Source of the DNA: an uncultured Rhodospirillaceae bacterium
GTDB taxonomy: Bacteria > Pseudomonadota > Alphaproteobacteria > Rhodospirillales > UBA2165
Assembly: GCA_964611435.1 (NCBI GenBank)
Contig: CAZSXT010000002.1
Span: 64,308 to 128,307, forward strand
Direction: 5' to 3'
DNA length: 64,000 nucleotides
Of the stretch, positions 30,452 to 39,513 are shown one piece after another (the stretch's first letter is position 1; each line of letters opens with the position of its first letter). The notes beneath the pieces were generated by a model. It saw only the letters and a program-made list of their open reading frames with translations. It made no database searches and was not told the DNA's origin. The position numbers and the translations under genes were made by a program.

Positions 30452-32788
30452 TTACCCTCCACCACCCCTCTGCATTGCCTGCCAAATATGGTGCGGCGTG
30501 GCCGGCATATTGATGTGGGTCACGCCGTAGTCTTTTAGGGCATCCACAATGGCGCTGATGAACGCCGCCGGAGAGCCGGTGGTGCCGCCTTCCCCGCCGG
30601 CCTTGACGCCCAGGGGATTGGTCGGCGACGGCACTTCGTTGAGCGCCACTTTGAAATCCGGCACATCGCCGGCCCGCAGCATCCCGTAATCCATCAACGA
30701 GCCCGACAGCGTCTGGCCGGTGTGATCATCGATCACGCACGCCTCCACCATGGCTTGGCCCAATCCCTGGACCACTGCGCCATGGGTCTGGCCATGGACG
30801 ATCAGCGGATTAATCGCCCGGCCCACATCATCCACCGCGGCGTAGCGGACCAGCTCCACCCCACCGGTTTCCGGGTCCACCTCCACTTCGCAGATATGCG
30901 CGCCATTGGGAAACACCGGCGTGTGCATTTCGTTGGCGCGCTTCACGTAAAGCCCGTCCGAGAGTGCTTCGGGCAAGTCCACCCCCTCCAACTCCTTCGC
31001 CAATTGGAACCAGCCGATTGATTTATCTGTGCCCTTCACCGTGAAGCTCCCGTCGGCGAACTCGATGTCGCCGGCCGACGCCTCCAGCACATGCCCCGCC
31101 AGTTGCCGGCCTTTCTCGATCAGTTCATCGGCCGCGAGCACAATCACCGTCCCCGCCATGCGCATGGACCGGCCGGAGTGAGAGCCGCCGCCAACCTTCA
31201 CCACATCCGTGTCGCCGAGCACGATCTGCACTTGATCCAAAGGCAGGCCCAACCACTCCGCTGCAACCTGGGCGAAGCTGGTTTCGTGGCCTTGGCCCGA
31301 TGGCTGGGTGCCGATCACCACATCCACCCGGTCGTCCGGAGTCACGGTGATTTCTGTCTGTTCGATGGGACTGCCGATGGACGATTCCACATAGGTGATA
31401 AAGCCGACGCCCAGCAGCTTGCCCCGCGCCTTGGCCTCGGCCCGGCGGGCCTCCACATCCCCCCAGCCGGCAAGCTTCTTGGCGATGTCGAGGTTCTCCG
31501 CATAATGGCCGCTGTCGTAATCCATGCCGATGGGATTGCGGTAGGGCATCTCGGCCTCGGTCACTAGGTTTTGCCGGCGCAACTCCTGCGGATCGCGGCC
31601 CAGTTCCCGGGCCGCCTGTTCCACCAGCCGTTCGATGGCGAAGGTGACCTCGGGCCGGCCCGAACTGCGATAGGCCTGGGTGGGCACCGTGTTGGTAAAC
31701 ACCGCGCGGGATCGGATCATGCCGGCGGATATCCGGTAGTTGCCGCTGATCAACTGTGAGCCCTTGGCGATGGGCGAGAACGACACCGCGCGCGCGCCCA
31801 CGTTGGAGATATTGTCGGCGCGGACGGCGAGGAAATTGCCCTCGGCGTCCAACGCGAGTTCCAACGTCGAATGCAGATCCCGGCCCTGGTAATCACTGAT
31901 GAAGGCTTCCGACCGGTCACAGGTGTATTTCACCGGCCGGCCGATTTTCTTCGAGGCCCAGGCGGCCAAGGGAAATTCCACATAGACCCGGTTGCGGGTG
32001 CCGAAGTTGCCGCCCACGTCATAAGAGAATATCCGCACATCCTCGGGTTCCATGCCCAAGACCTCGGCAATTTCCCGCTTTTGCCGGACAGAACCGCCGC
32101 TGCCGGCGTACAGGGTATAGCGCCCCGACTCCGCATCATAATTGGCCAGCACCGCGCGAGGCTCCATGGGTACGCCGGTGACCCGGCCGATATGCACCGT
32201 CGACTTAACGACGTGCGTGGCGGCGGCGAAGGCAGCTTCGGTTCCGGCAATATCGCCGAAAGTGCTGTCGATACAGACATTCCCCGGCAGTTCGTCCCAC
32301 ACCGGCGGCTGTTCGGTCTCGGCGGCCGCAAAGGTATCGGTGTTGTAGGGCAGCACCTCGTACTCGACGGAGATGGCTTCCGCCGCGTCCAAGGCCTGCC
32401 CCCGGTTTTCGGCAATGACGCAGGCCACCGCCTCGCCCACATGGCGCACCTTGTCCGCCGGGAGAGGCATATGGGGTCCGATAAATACGTCACTGTCGCC
32501 GGGACCCCGCAATTTTAGATCATGATCGGTCTTGGGCAGCGGGCTATGGGGGATCGGTCTCAGCCCGTCCGCCGCGCAGTCTGCGCCGGTGAACACACCC
32601 AGTACACCAGGTAGGGCAGCCGCACCCGCCGTCTCGATTTTGACGATCCGAGCATGAGGATGAGGGGAGCGGATCATCGCCATATAGGCCTGACCGGGGG
32701 CGGAAAAATCATCAGTGAACCGGCCCTTGCCGGTCAGCAGGCGCTGATCCTCCTTGCGGCGGAGAGGCTGTCCAATCGGCTTATTCAC
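30452..32788 (-). CDS. xanthine-dehydrogenase-family molybdopterin-binding large subunit (CoxL form-II-like)
   Basis: 778 aa beginning MNKPIGQPLRRKEDQRLLTGKGRFTDD. The active-site loop is TQAYRSSGRPE, not the AYxCSFR of true CODH. Confidence 0.9.
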   Translation of the reverse strand: MNKPIGQPLRRKEDQRLLTGKGRFTDDFSAPGQAYMAMIRSPHPHARIVKIETAGAAALPGVLGVFTGADCAADGLRPIPHSPLPKTDHDLKLRGPGDSDVFIGPHMPLPADKVRHVGEAVACVIAENRGQALDAAEAISVEYEVLPYNTDTFAAAETEQPPVWDELPGNVCIDSTFGDIAGTEAAFAAATHVVKSTVHIGRVTGVPMEPRAVLANYDAESGRYTLYAGSGGSVRQKREIAEVLGMEPEDVRIFSYDVGGNFGTRNRVYVEFPLAAWASKKIGRPVKYTCDRSEAFISDYQGRDLHSTLELALDAEGNFLAVRADNISNVGARAVSFSPIAKGSQLISGNYRISAGMIRSRAVFTNTVPTQAYRSSGRPEVTFAIERLVEQAARELGRDPQELRRQNLVTEAEMPYRNPIGMDYDSGHYAENLDIAKKLAGWGDVEARRAEAKARGKLLGVGFITYVESSIGSPIEQTEITVTPDDRVDVVIGTQPSGQGHETSFAQVAAEWLGLPLDQVQIVLGDTDVVKVGGGSHSGRSMRMAGTVIVLAADELIEKGRQLAGHVLEASAGDIEFADGSFTVKGTDKSIGWFQLAKELEGVDLPEALSDGLYVKRANEMHTPVFPNGAHICEVEVDPETGGVELVRYAAVDDVGRAINPLIVHGQTHGAVVQGLGQAMVEACVIDDHTGQTLSGSLMDYGMLRAGDVPDFKVALNEVPSPTNPLGVKAGGEGGTTGSPAAFISAIVDALKDYGVTHINMPATPHHIWQAMQRGGGG

Positions 32789-32793
32789 GGGGT

Positions 32794-34428
32794 CTATTTG
32801 ATCACGTTGCGGACCGGGGTGTTGGGCTTGATCCCCTTGTGCCGCATCTGTTCAGAGCGTTTGCCGTTCTCCAGATAGTCGCCGGCCACGGCGCGGGCCG
32901 CCAAGTTGTCCCACTCGTCGGTCCAGTCGCCTAGGGAATAGCCGTGCCACGGGCTTTCCGGCGTCAGCGTGCCGAGGCCCAGTTTCTCCCAGAGGTCCTT
33001 GGCGTGCTCCATGAATTCTTTCTTGGGCAGGGCCAGGGGTGCGGTCTCGTGCTTCAGGGTCGCGTCCACCAGCATGGTGCCGTCGGTGCTTTTATCGCCG
33101 CCCTTGGGCCCGTGCCCGCCGTCCCGGTTTGGCAGGATGACGATATCCGTGCTCGGGTTGGCCCGGTAGGCCATGGACCAAAACACCGCGTCGCCGTTGT
33201 TGGGATCGATATCCTCGTTCACCGCCATCACATACTTGCCGCAATCGGCCCGGAGCGTGGAGGCACCGTAAAGCGCCCGCCATACCTCGGTCTTTGGCAC
33301 GCCGGGCTCCATCACGATAAAGATCACCCGGCGGATATTGGTCAGCGGCTCGTGCATCACAACGTTTTTGACGCCCTTGATGCCCAGGGTCTGCTGCAGG
33401 TGGGCCAGGAACATCTGCTCATACGCATCCCGCTTGATGGAGCTGGATTCCGACGGGGTCACTTGAGAGATGATGGAAGCGAACATGGCTTTTTGCTTCC
33501 GGGTGATCGCGGTGACATCGAAAATCATATTGAAGTCTTCGAGCGATATATGTCCGTGGGATTCCCCAAACGGCGCTTCCGGCTCCAGATATTCCGTGTC
33601 GATCAGGCCTTCGATGATGATCTCCGAATCCGCCGGCACCATCAGGTCATTGGTCACACATTTGACCATGCGGATCGGCTCCCCGGCCAGACCGCCAGCC
33701 ACCCCCATCTCATCAACGCCCAGGGGCACTTTCTGCGGGCCCGTATAGGCCACGGTGGGGGGACAGCCGAGAACGCAGACGCAGGGCATCTTCTCCCCCC
33801 GCGCCTGATACTTAAGCCAATGGGGATAGCCACCGGCGCCGCCGGCCCTTGTCGCCATTCGAACGCCCAACCGATTTGAAGCTTTGAGCCCACCCCGGTA
33901 GGTGCCGAAGTTCTGCACCCCCGTGTCCGGATCGCGCGTAACAAAATTGCCGGCCGTAATATAAGGCGCGACATCAAAGCCCGGCGTGGAGATCGGCACC
34001 GGCAGGGCATCCAATCCCTTGCCGTCGCCGATTAAATCGTCGCCCTGCAGGATCACTTCCTGACAGGCCGCCTCGGTCACTTCCACCGGATCAATGGGCT
34101 GGGACATGGCGCGCCGCCAAATCTCCCCAACGCCCGCCGCATCCACATTAAGCCCGGTGCGGTAAATTTCCCGGCTGCCGGCCAACGCGCCGACCACCAC
34201 CGGCATGTCATACTTTCTGCCCTTGGAATCGACCACATTCGTGAAAACAAAGGCTCGGCGGTTCTCTTCCGGCACACCGCCCCGGTATTGCCAGCGCACC
34301 AGGGGATGCATCTCGGTATCTTTATTGATTTCGGAATCGATGCGCTGAACCAGCCCGGCCTTTTCCAGATTGGCGAGGTGATCCTGAAAATCCGCGTAAC
34401 CGCGTTTGGTGGGGGCCTTGGCGTCCAT
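32794..34428 (-). CDS. UbiD-family (prenyl-FMN-dependent) decarboxylase, paralog 1
   Basis: 544 aa with EINKDTEMHPLVRWQYRGG and LEPEAPFGESHGH. The stop lies 5 nt before the Mo-subunit start. Confidence 0.9.
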   Translation of the reverse strand: MDAKAPTKRGYADFQDHLANLEKAGLVQRIDSEINKDTEMHPLVRWQYRGGVPEENRRAFVFTNVVDSKGRKYDMPVVVGALAGSREIYRTGLNVDAAGVGEIWRRAMSQPIDPVEVTEAACQEVILQGDDLIGDGKGLDALPVPISTPGFDVAPYITAGNFVTRDPDTGVQNFGTYRGGLKASNRLGVRMATRAGGAGGYPHWLKYQARGEKMPCVCVLGCPPTVAYTGPQKVPLGVDEMGVAGGLAGEPIRMVKCVTNDLMVPADSEIIIEGLIDTEYLEPEAPFGESHGHISLEDFNMIFDVTAITRKQKAMFASIISQVTPSESSSIKRDAYEQMFLAHLQQTLGIKGVKNVVMHEPLTNIRRVIFIVMEPGVPKTEVWRALYGASTLRADCGKYVMAVNEDIDPNNGDAVFWSMAYRANPSTDIVILPNRDGGHGPKGGDKSTDGTMLVDATLKHETAPLALPKKEFMEHAKDLWEKLGLGTLTPESPWHGYSLGDWTDEWDNLAARAVAGDYLENGKRSEQMRHKGIKPNTPVRNVIK

Positions 34429-34432
34429 AAGA

Positions 34433-34547
34433 AATATGGTATCCGGGAAAATGGACCGGATAAAGGCCGCCGGAGCGGTTTCAATGGCCGGCCAGATAGG
34501 TATTTCGAGGCGCCGGGGAATATGGTTCTATCGGGGAAAATATCCGG
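34433..34547. promoter_or_regulatory. repeated operator-like motif in the divergent promoter region
   Basis: Perfect inverted repeat TATCCGG-N9-CCGGATA (34440-34462). A direct repeat of aatatggt(-/tct)atc(c/g)gggaaaat occurs at about 34433 and about 34519, and a third TATCCGG lies at 34541-34547. Confidence 0.4.
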
Positions 34548-34577
34548 CGCAGACCAGACCATAGGGAGCCTTCACAA

Positions 34578-36377
34578 ATGTCCGATCCGATCAGCTACGG
34601 CAGCATGAGATATCCGGAAACCCCGGTGAACCTGCCGGCCAATCAGTCCAAGGCGGAATATGGATCCGACGTCATGGCCGACACGCTGCGCAATATGGGT
34701 TTCAAGCATGTGTTTGTGCTGCCCGGCTCCAGTTTTCGCGGGCTGCATGACTCGCTAGTGAACCATAATAGAAACCAAGGTCCGGAAATGATCATGGGCA
34801 GCCACGAGGCGGTGGTCGTTTCCATGGCCCATGGTTATGCAAAGGCGGCGGGCGAAACCTCCCTGGCGCTCATTCATGATCTGGTTGGGCTGATGACCGG
34901 CACGGTCAGCGTCTATAATATCTGGTGCGACCGGACGCCGGTGCTGATCCTGGGCGGCAGCGGTCCGTTTGATCCAGCACAGCGCCGCCCCATCGATTGG
35001 ACCCACACCGCCAGCATGCAGAGCGATCTGGTCAAACCGTTCTGCAAGTGGACGGACGAACCGTTAACCCTACAGTCGTCGGTGGATTCCCTGCTGAAAG
35101 CCAATAAGATTGCCGGCACGGCGCCGAAAGGCCCGGCCTACATCTGTCTGGATCAGGTCATCCAAGAAGGCGGCATCCCGGATGATCTGGTGCAGCCCGA
35201 TGCCGGCGTTGCCCGGTATCAACCCGCCCCGCCCATGGCGCCCAACCCGGATGCTCTCAACGAAGCTGTCGAATTACTGGTAAACGCAGAGATGCCGCTG
35301 ATCACCGCCGGCCGGTTGGGCCGGGAACGGCGCTCCCGCGAACCGCTGATCGAGCTTGCCGAATTAACCGGCGCGGCCTGTAACGATGACCGTCATCTGG
35401 TCGCCTTCCCCACTGCCCATCCGCAGAACCTCAATAGCGATCATGACATAAAGGCCGAGGCCGACGTGATCCTGGCGCTGGATTGCGTCGATCCCACCAA
35501 CGCCTATGACGGGCACGTAAAAGGGGTGCGCGGCAAAGATGGCCAGACCGTGATCGAAATGAGCCTGGAGCACACGGTCAATGACAGCTGGTCCCATTTC
35601 GGCGGACCGGTGGCGGCGGTTGATCTGCAGATCGATTGCGACCCGAACCTGGGCCTGGACCATTTGAACGCCGCGCTGAAAACACGGATCGACGGCGACG
35701 ACGCCTTGCAACAGAAAATTGCGGCGCGTAAGGACGCATTGGGCGAGCGGCACGCCAAGCTGCGGGAGGCGCAACATGAGCGTTGGCAGGAAAGCTGGGA
35801 CTCGTCCCCCATCGCCACTGGCCGCATGGTGCATGAACTGTATCAAGCAGTGAAGGACAAGCCCTGGACCATGGTGCTGCGCAACAACCGGAGCTTCCCG
35901 GAAGGCTGTTGGGATTTTGCCGGCGCGGGAGATTTCCTGGGCGGCGACGGCGGCGGCGGCGTGGGCTACGGTCCAGGAGGCTCCATCGGTGCGGCTCTGG
36001 CGCTCCGGGAACAAGGGCGTTTCCCGGTCAGCATCACTGGCGACGGTGATTTCCTGATGGGTGCGGGCGCGCTCTGGACGGCCGCTCACTATCAAATTCC
36101 GCTGTTGCTGGTGATCAATAACAACAATAGCTGGGGCAATGACGAGCACCACCAAATCCGCGTCGCCAACAAACGCAACCGGCCACCGGAAAACGCCTGG
36201 ATCGGCCAGCGCATGGCCGAGCCCACCATCGACTACGCGACCGTCGCACGGGGCTACGGCGCCTGGGCGGAAGGCCCGGTGGATCATCCGGCGGAGCTGG
36301 CGGGCGTGTTCAAGCGCGCCGTCGCCGAAGTGGATAAGGGCAACGTCGCCATCGTCGATGTCAGGACGGTGCTCTAG
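34578..36377 (+). CDS. thiamine diphosphate-dependent enzyme (decarboxylase/carboligase class)
   Basis: 599 aa with GSHEAVVVSMAHGYA (catalytic Glu) and GDGDFLM...NNNSWGN (ThDP motif). Confidence 0.85.
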   Translation: MSDPISYGSMRYPETPVNLPANQSKAEYGSDVMADTLRNMGFKHVFVLPGSSFRGLHDSLVNHNRNQGPEMIMGSHEAVVVSMAHGYAKAAGETSLALIHDLVGLMTGTVSVYNIWCDRTPVLILGGSGPFDPAQRRPIDWTHTASMQSDLVKPFCKWTDEPLTLQSSVDSLLKANKIAGTAPKGPAYICLDQVIQEGGIPDDLVQPDAGVARYQPAPPMAPNPDALNEAVELLVNAEMPLITAGRLGRERRSREPLIELAELTGAACNDDRHLVAFPTAHPQNLNSDHDIKAEADVILALDCVDPTNAYDGHVKGVRGKDGQTVIEMSLEHTVNDSWSHFGGPVAAVDLQIDCDPNLGLDHLNAALKTRIDGDDALQQKIAARKDALGERHAKLREAQHERWQESWDSSPIATGRMVHELYQAVKDKPWTMVLRNNRSFPEGCWDFAGAGDFLGGDGGGGVGYGPGGSIGAALALREQGRFPVSITGDGDFLMGAGALWTAAHYQIPLLLVINNNNSWGNDEHHQIRVANKRNRPPENAWIGQRMAEPTIDYATVARGYGAWAEGPVDHPAELAGVFKRAVAEVDKGNVAIVDVRTVL

Positions 36378-36381
36378 TCCC

Positions 36382-38028
36382 ATGGCCAGGAAATCCTCAA
36401 AGAAGCGAAGCTACAATAATCTGCCCGAACATCTGGCGGCGTTGCGCAAAGCCGGCCTGTTGATGGAGGTCGATCGGGAGATCAACAAAGACACAGAGAT
36501 GCATCCCTTGGTCCGCTGGCAGTACCGGGGCGGCATGTCGGAAGCCGAACGCAAGGCCTGGCTGTTCACCAACGTGGTCGATAGCAAGGGCCGTAAATTC
36601 GATATGCCGGTGGTGCTGTGTGCGCTGGCCGGCAGCCCGTCCATCTATGAGGTCGGGTTCGGCTCATCGCTGGACCAGATTACCGACCGCTGGATCAAGG
36701 CGATCAAAGACCCGCTCGAACCCAACGAGATCGCGCCTGATGACGCGCCGTGTCAGGAAGTCGTCTATCAGGGCAAGGACCTTACGACGGGCCACGGGCT
36801 GGATGACCTGCCGATCCCCATCTCCACACCCGGATGGGATAACGCACCCTATACGTCCGCATCACACTTCATCACCAAAGACCCGGAGACCGGCGTTCAA
36901 AATGTCGGCACCTATCGCGGTCAGGTAAAAGCGCCGGACCGGCTGGGCATGAACACCTCGACCGAACTTCGCACCGGTGGCTACATCAACTGGCTCGCCT
37001 GGAAAGAACGGGGCGAGCGCATGCCCTGCGCCGTTGTCATCGGCTGCCCGCCAGTCGTATCGTACGCTTCTGTCCAAAAAGTGCCCGAGGGCATCGACGA
37101 GATCGCCGTCGCGGGTGCGCTGGTGGGCGAACCCATCGATGTTGTTCCGGCCAAAACCGTGGACCTGATGGTCCCGGCGGAAGCAGAAGTGGTGATCGAA
37201 GGCTATGTGGACACCGAGTTTCTGGAACCGGAAGCACCCTTCGGCGAATCCCATGGGCACGTAAACCTACAGGAGTATAACGGGTTCATGGACGTCACTG
37301 CCATTACCCGGAAGGAAAAGGCCATCATCACGTCGTGGGTGAGCCAGGTCGCGCCCAGCGAATCCAGCGTGATCCGCCGTTTTGCCTACGAGGCCCGCAA
37401 TCTGGCGTACCTCCGAGACACGATGGGCATCAAACAGGTGATCACGGTGAAGGCCCACGAGCCGCTGACATCGCTGCATCGGGTGCACGCTATCGTGTTC
37501 GAGCACGGCGCCACCCAAACCGAGGTTTGGCGGGCGCTGTATGGATTATCGGGCTATCGGCAGTCGGAAGGCAAATGGATCATCGCGGTGAACGAGGATA
37601 TCGACGGCTCGAACGCGGACGCGCTGTTCTGGGCCATGGCCTACCGCTGCAAGCCTCAGCATGATGTGCAGATCCTGAAACATCAGGACGCCGGCCACGG
37701 CCCTCGCAGCATGGTCGATCCCGAAGACGCATCGGTACTGGTGGATGCTACATTGAAAGAGACCTATCCGCCGATTTCCCTGCCGAAGCGGGAGTTCATG
37801 GAGCGGGCCGCCGAAATTTGGAAAGAATTAGGCCTGCCCGAACTTTCACCCCAAGCGCCCTGGTACGGCTATGACCTGGGCGAATGGACCGAAGAGTTTG
37901 AACAGATGGCCGAGCGGGCGGTGAACAGCGACTATTGGCAGACCGGCAAGATCATCGCGCAACGGCGGCGCAGCGACGTTCCCATGAACACCGAGGTGCG
38001 CACGGTCGACGGTAAAGACGACGAGTAG
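36382..38028 (+). CDS. UbiD-family decarboxylase, paralog 2
   Basis: The ATG at 36382 lies 4 nt after the ThDP-enzyme stop. The 548-aa protein is colinear with paralog 1. The first 81 codons of the 629-aa track ORF overlap the ThDP gene and were rejected. Confidence 0.9.
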   Translation: MARKSSKKRSYNNLPEHLAALRKAGLLMEVDREINKDTEMHPLVRWQYRGGMSEAERKAWLFTNVVDSKGRKFDMPVVLCALAGSPSIYEVGFGSSLDQITDRWIKAIKDPLEPNEIAPDDAPCQEVVYQGKDLTTGHGLDDLPIPISTPGWDNAPYTSASHFITKDPETGVQNVGTYRGQVKAPDRLGMNTSTELRTGGYINWLAWKERGERMPCAVVIGCPPVVSYASVQKVPEGIDEIAVAGALVGEPIDVVPAKTVDLMVPAEAEVVIEGYVDTEFLEPEAPFGESHGHVNLQEYNGFMDVTAITRKEKAIITSWVSQVAPSESSVIRRFAYEARNLAYLRDTMGIKQVITVKAHEPLTSLHRVHAIVFEHGATQTEVWRALYGLSGYRQSEGKWIIAVNEDIDGSNADALFWAMAYRCKPQHDVQILKHQDAGHGPRSMVDPEDASVLVDATLKETYPPISLPKREFMERAAEIWKELGLPELSPQAPWYGYDLGEWTEEFEQMAERAVNSDYWQTGKIIAQRRRSDVPMNTEVRTVDGKDDE

Positions 38029-38030
38029 GC

Positions 38031-39254
38031 TTACTCGGCGGCGGCCGGCTCGACCTTCCACTTGGAGGAAAAAACCGCGACCGGATCGGGAAAGCCCTTC
38101 ATTTCCCGGGCGCCCCGATTTTCGAACTTCATGGCCTTGCCGCGGCAGATTGACGCAACAACTTCGGACACCATGACCTCGCCGGTAGAGGCGATGGCGC
38201 AGATGCGGGCCGCCATCTGAACGGCGGAACCAAAGATATCATCTTCTTCCCGGACGGGTTCACCGGCGTTGATGCCGATCCTGACCCCCATCGGGTCTTC
38301 CTTGCGGGCCAGATTAAAATTTTCGACGCCGCGCTGGATCGCGTTGGCCGCCTCGACCGAGTTAGTCACCCCATCGAAGGACGCCATGATGCCGTAGCCG
38401 AGATGTTTGATTTCCTTGCCGCTGAACCGGGTAATGGCGGCGCGAACGATCCGATTGTGGGCGCGGAGAATTTCCTGCGCCTCTGCATCGCCAGCCTTCT
38501 GGGTTAGCTCCGTATAGCCCATGATTTCCGTAAACATGATGGCGATGGTTTCAGCCTCACTGGCGCCCGAGGCTTTTTCCTCTTTCTTGTTCCACTCCTT
38601 CAATGCTTCAATCAGCATACCCGGCGCGGAGCTATCGCCATTGAGTTGAGCCTGCATGGCGTCCCGGCCCTTTTCGATCATCGACATGTATTTGGGCACG
38701 CGAAAATAATCGTCGTAATCTTCGACAAACTTTTCTGCCTGCGGCGGTTTGGCGCCGACGATTTCCATGGAGGCCCGGATAATCTGCTTGATCTCGCCTT
38801 CTTCCAGATCTTCATCCGTGCCGATCACATCGCTGGCGCCTGTGGCGAACAATACCGAACCGAACTTGTTGAACATGTCCATTTTCACGTTCGCTCCATG
38901 CACCGAAGAGACGCAATCCTGCATGAAGTCGAGAACCGTCTGCTGAACTTTCACCGCCGCAGGTGAAAGCGGAAATTTTTCTCCCGACGGGATATCTTCC
39001 GAGGAATCCGTCTCGTCGGGCGCTTCCTGCTCCTCCTGTTGCTGGCGCAGGCGCTCTTGCTGGCGCTTGTATGCCGCCATTTGATGGGGGGTCAGCATTG
39101 GACCGTCGAGCGTTTGTTTCCAACGCTCTTTCTCTTCGGACTCGAAATCTTCGGCCCGGAGCTGCCCAGTCAGCAGCTTCAACAGACCCACGAACAGCCC
39201 ACCGCTGGAAACAACGGTCGGTCTACTTGGTCGCTGTGAGGATCCATTACTCAT
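38031..39254 (-). CDS. class III nucleotidyl-cyclase homology domain protein with substituted catalytic residues
   Basis: The C-terminal CHD is IAIMFTEIMGYT...IKHLGYGIMASF...RIGINAGEPV...FGSAVQMAARI. The roughly 240-aa N-terminal region was not recognised. The start is 39254 or 39314. Confidence 0.75.
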   Translation of the reverse strand: MSNGSSQRPSRPTVVSSGGLFVGLLKLLTGQLRAEDFESEEKERWKQTLDGPMLTPHQMAAYKRQQERLRQQQEEQEAPDETDSSEDIPSGEKFPLSPAAVKVQQTVLDFMQDCVSSVHGANVKMDMFNKFGSVLFATGASDVIGTDEDLEEGEIKQIIRASMEIVGAKPPQAEKFVEDYDDYFRVPKYMSMIEKGRDAMQAQLNGDSSAPGMLIEALKEWNKKEEKASGASEAETIAIMFTEIMGYTELTQKAGDAEAQEILRAHNRIVRAAITRFSGKEIKHLGYGIMASFDGVTNSVEAANAIQRGVENFNLARKEDPMGVRIGINAGEPVREEDDIFGSAVQMAARICAIASTGEVMVSEVVASICRGKAMKFENRGAREMKGFPDPVAVFSSKWKVEPAAAE

Positions 39255-39369
39255 CACACGGCTATTCCCTAGTGCACCCCGGTTCGGATCGAGAAAATTC
39301 CAATACCCCACCACTGCACAAATGCCGGTCTTTGCGACCGATTATTCTTGTCTTGCCGTCAAAATTGTC

Positions 39370-39387
39370 TGTGACATCACAGTCACT
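39370..39387. promoter_or_regulatory. nested palindromes built from TGTGA/TCACA half-sites
   Basis: tGTGACatcacaGTCACt is GTGAC-N6-GTCAC, overlapping TGTGA-ca-TCACA. Confidence 0.3.
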
Positions 39388-39497
39388 TGCGGCATTTCTA
39401 GCGCCTTTAAGGTTGGAAATCAACAACATGTCTACGTACTTCCCACAGGGTCATTACGATGCAATGGCTCCAGATTGCAGATATACGCCTGTATTTC

Positions 39498-39513
39498 AGT
39501 GATTTTTGTCACT
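39498..39513. promoter_or_regulatory. CRP-like palindrome AGTGA-N6-TCACT
   Basis: Perfect 5+6+5 palindrome agtga-tttttg-tcact. The core GTGA-N6-TCAC matches the CRP-type consensus spacing. Confidence 0.35.

Noticed and set aside
30452-32788. Calling the Mo subunit a carbon-monoxide dehydrogenase (CoxL)
   Set aside because: The active-site loop reads AYRSSGR rather than the form-I AYxCSFR signature. No coxM, coxS or accessory cox genes are adjacent.
35364-36383. 339-aa minus-strand ORF opposite the ThDP enzyme
   Set aside because: It is a shadow ORF. The plus-strand frame carries canonical ThDP-binding motifs.
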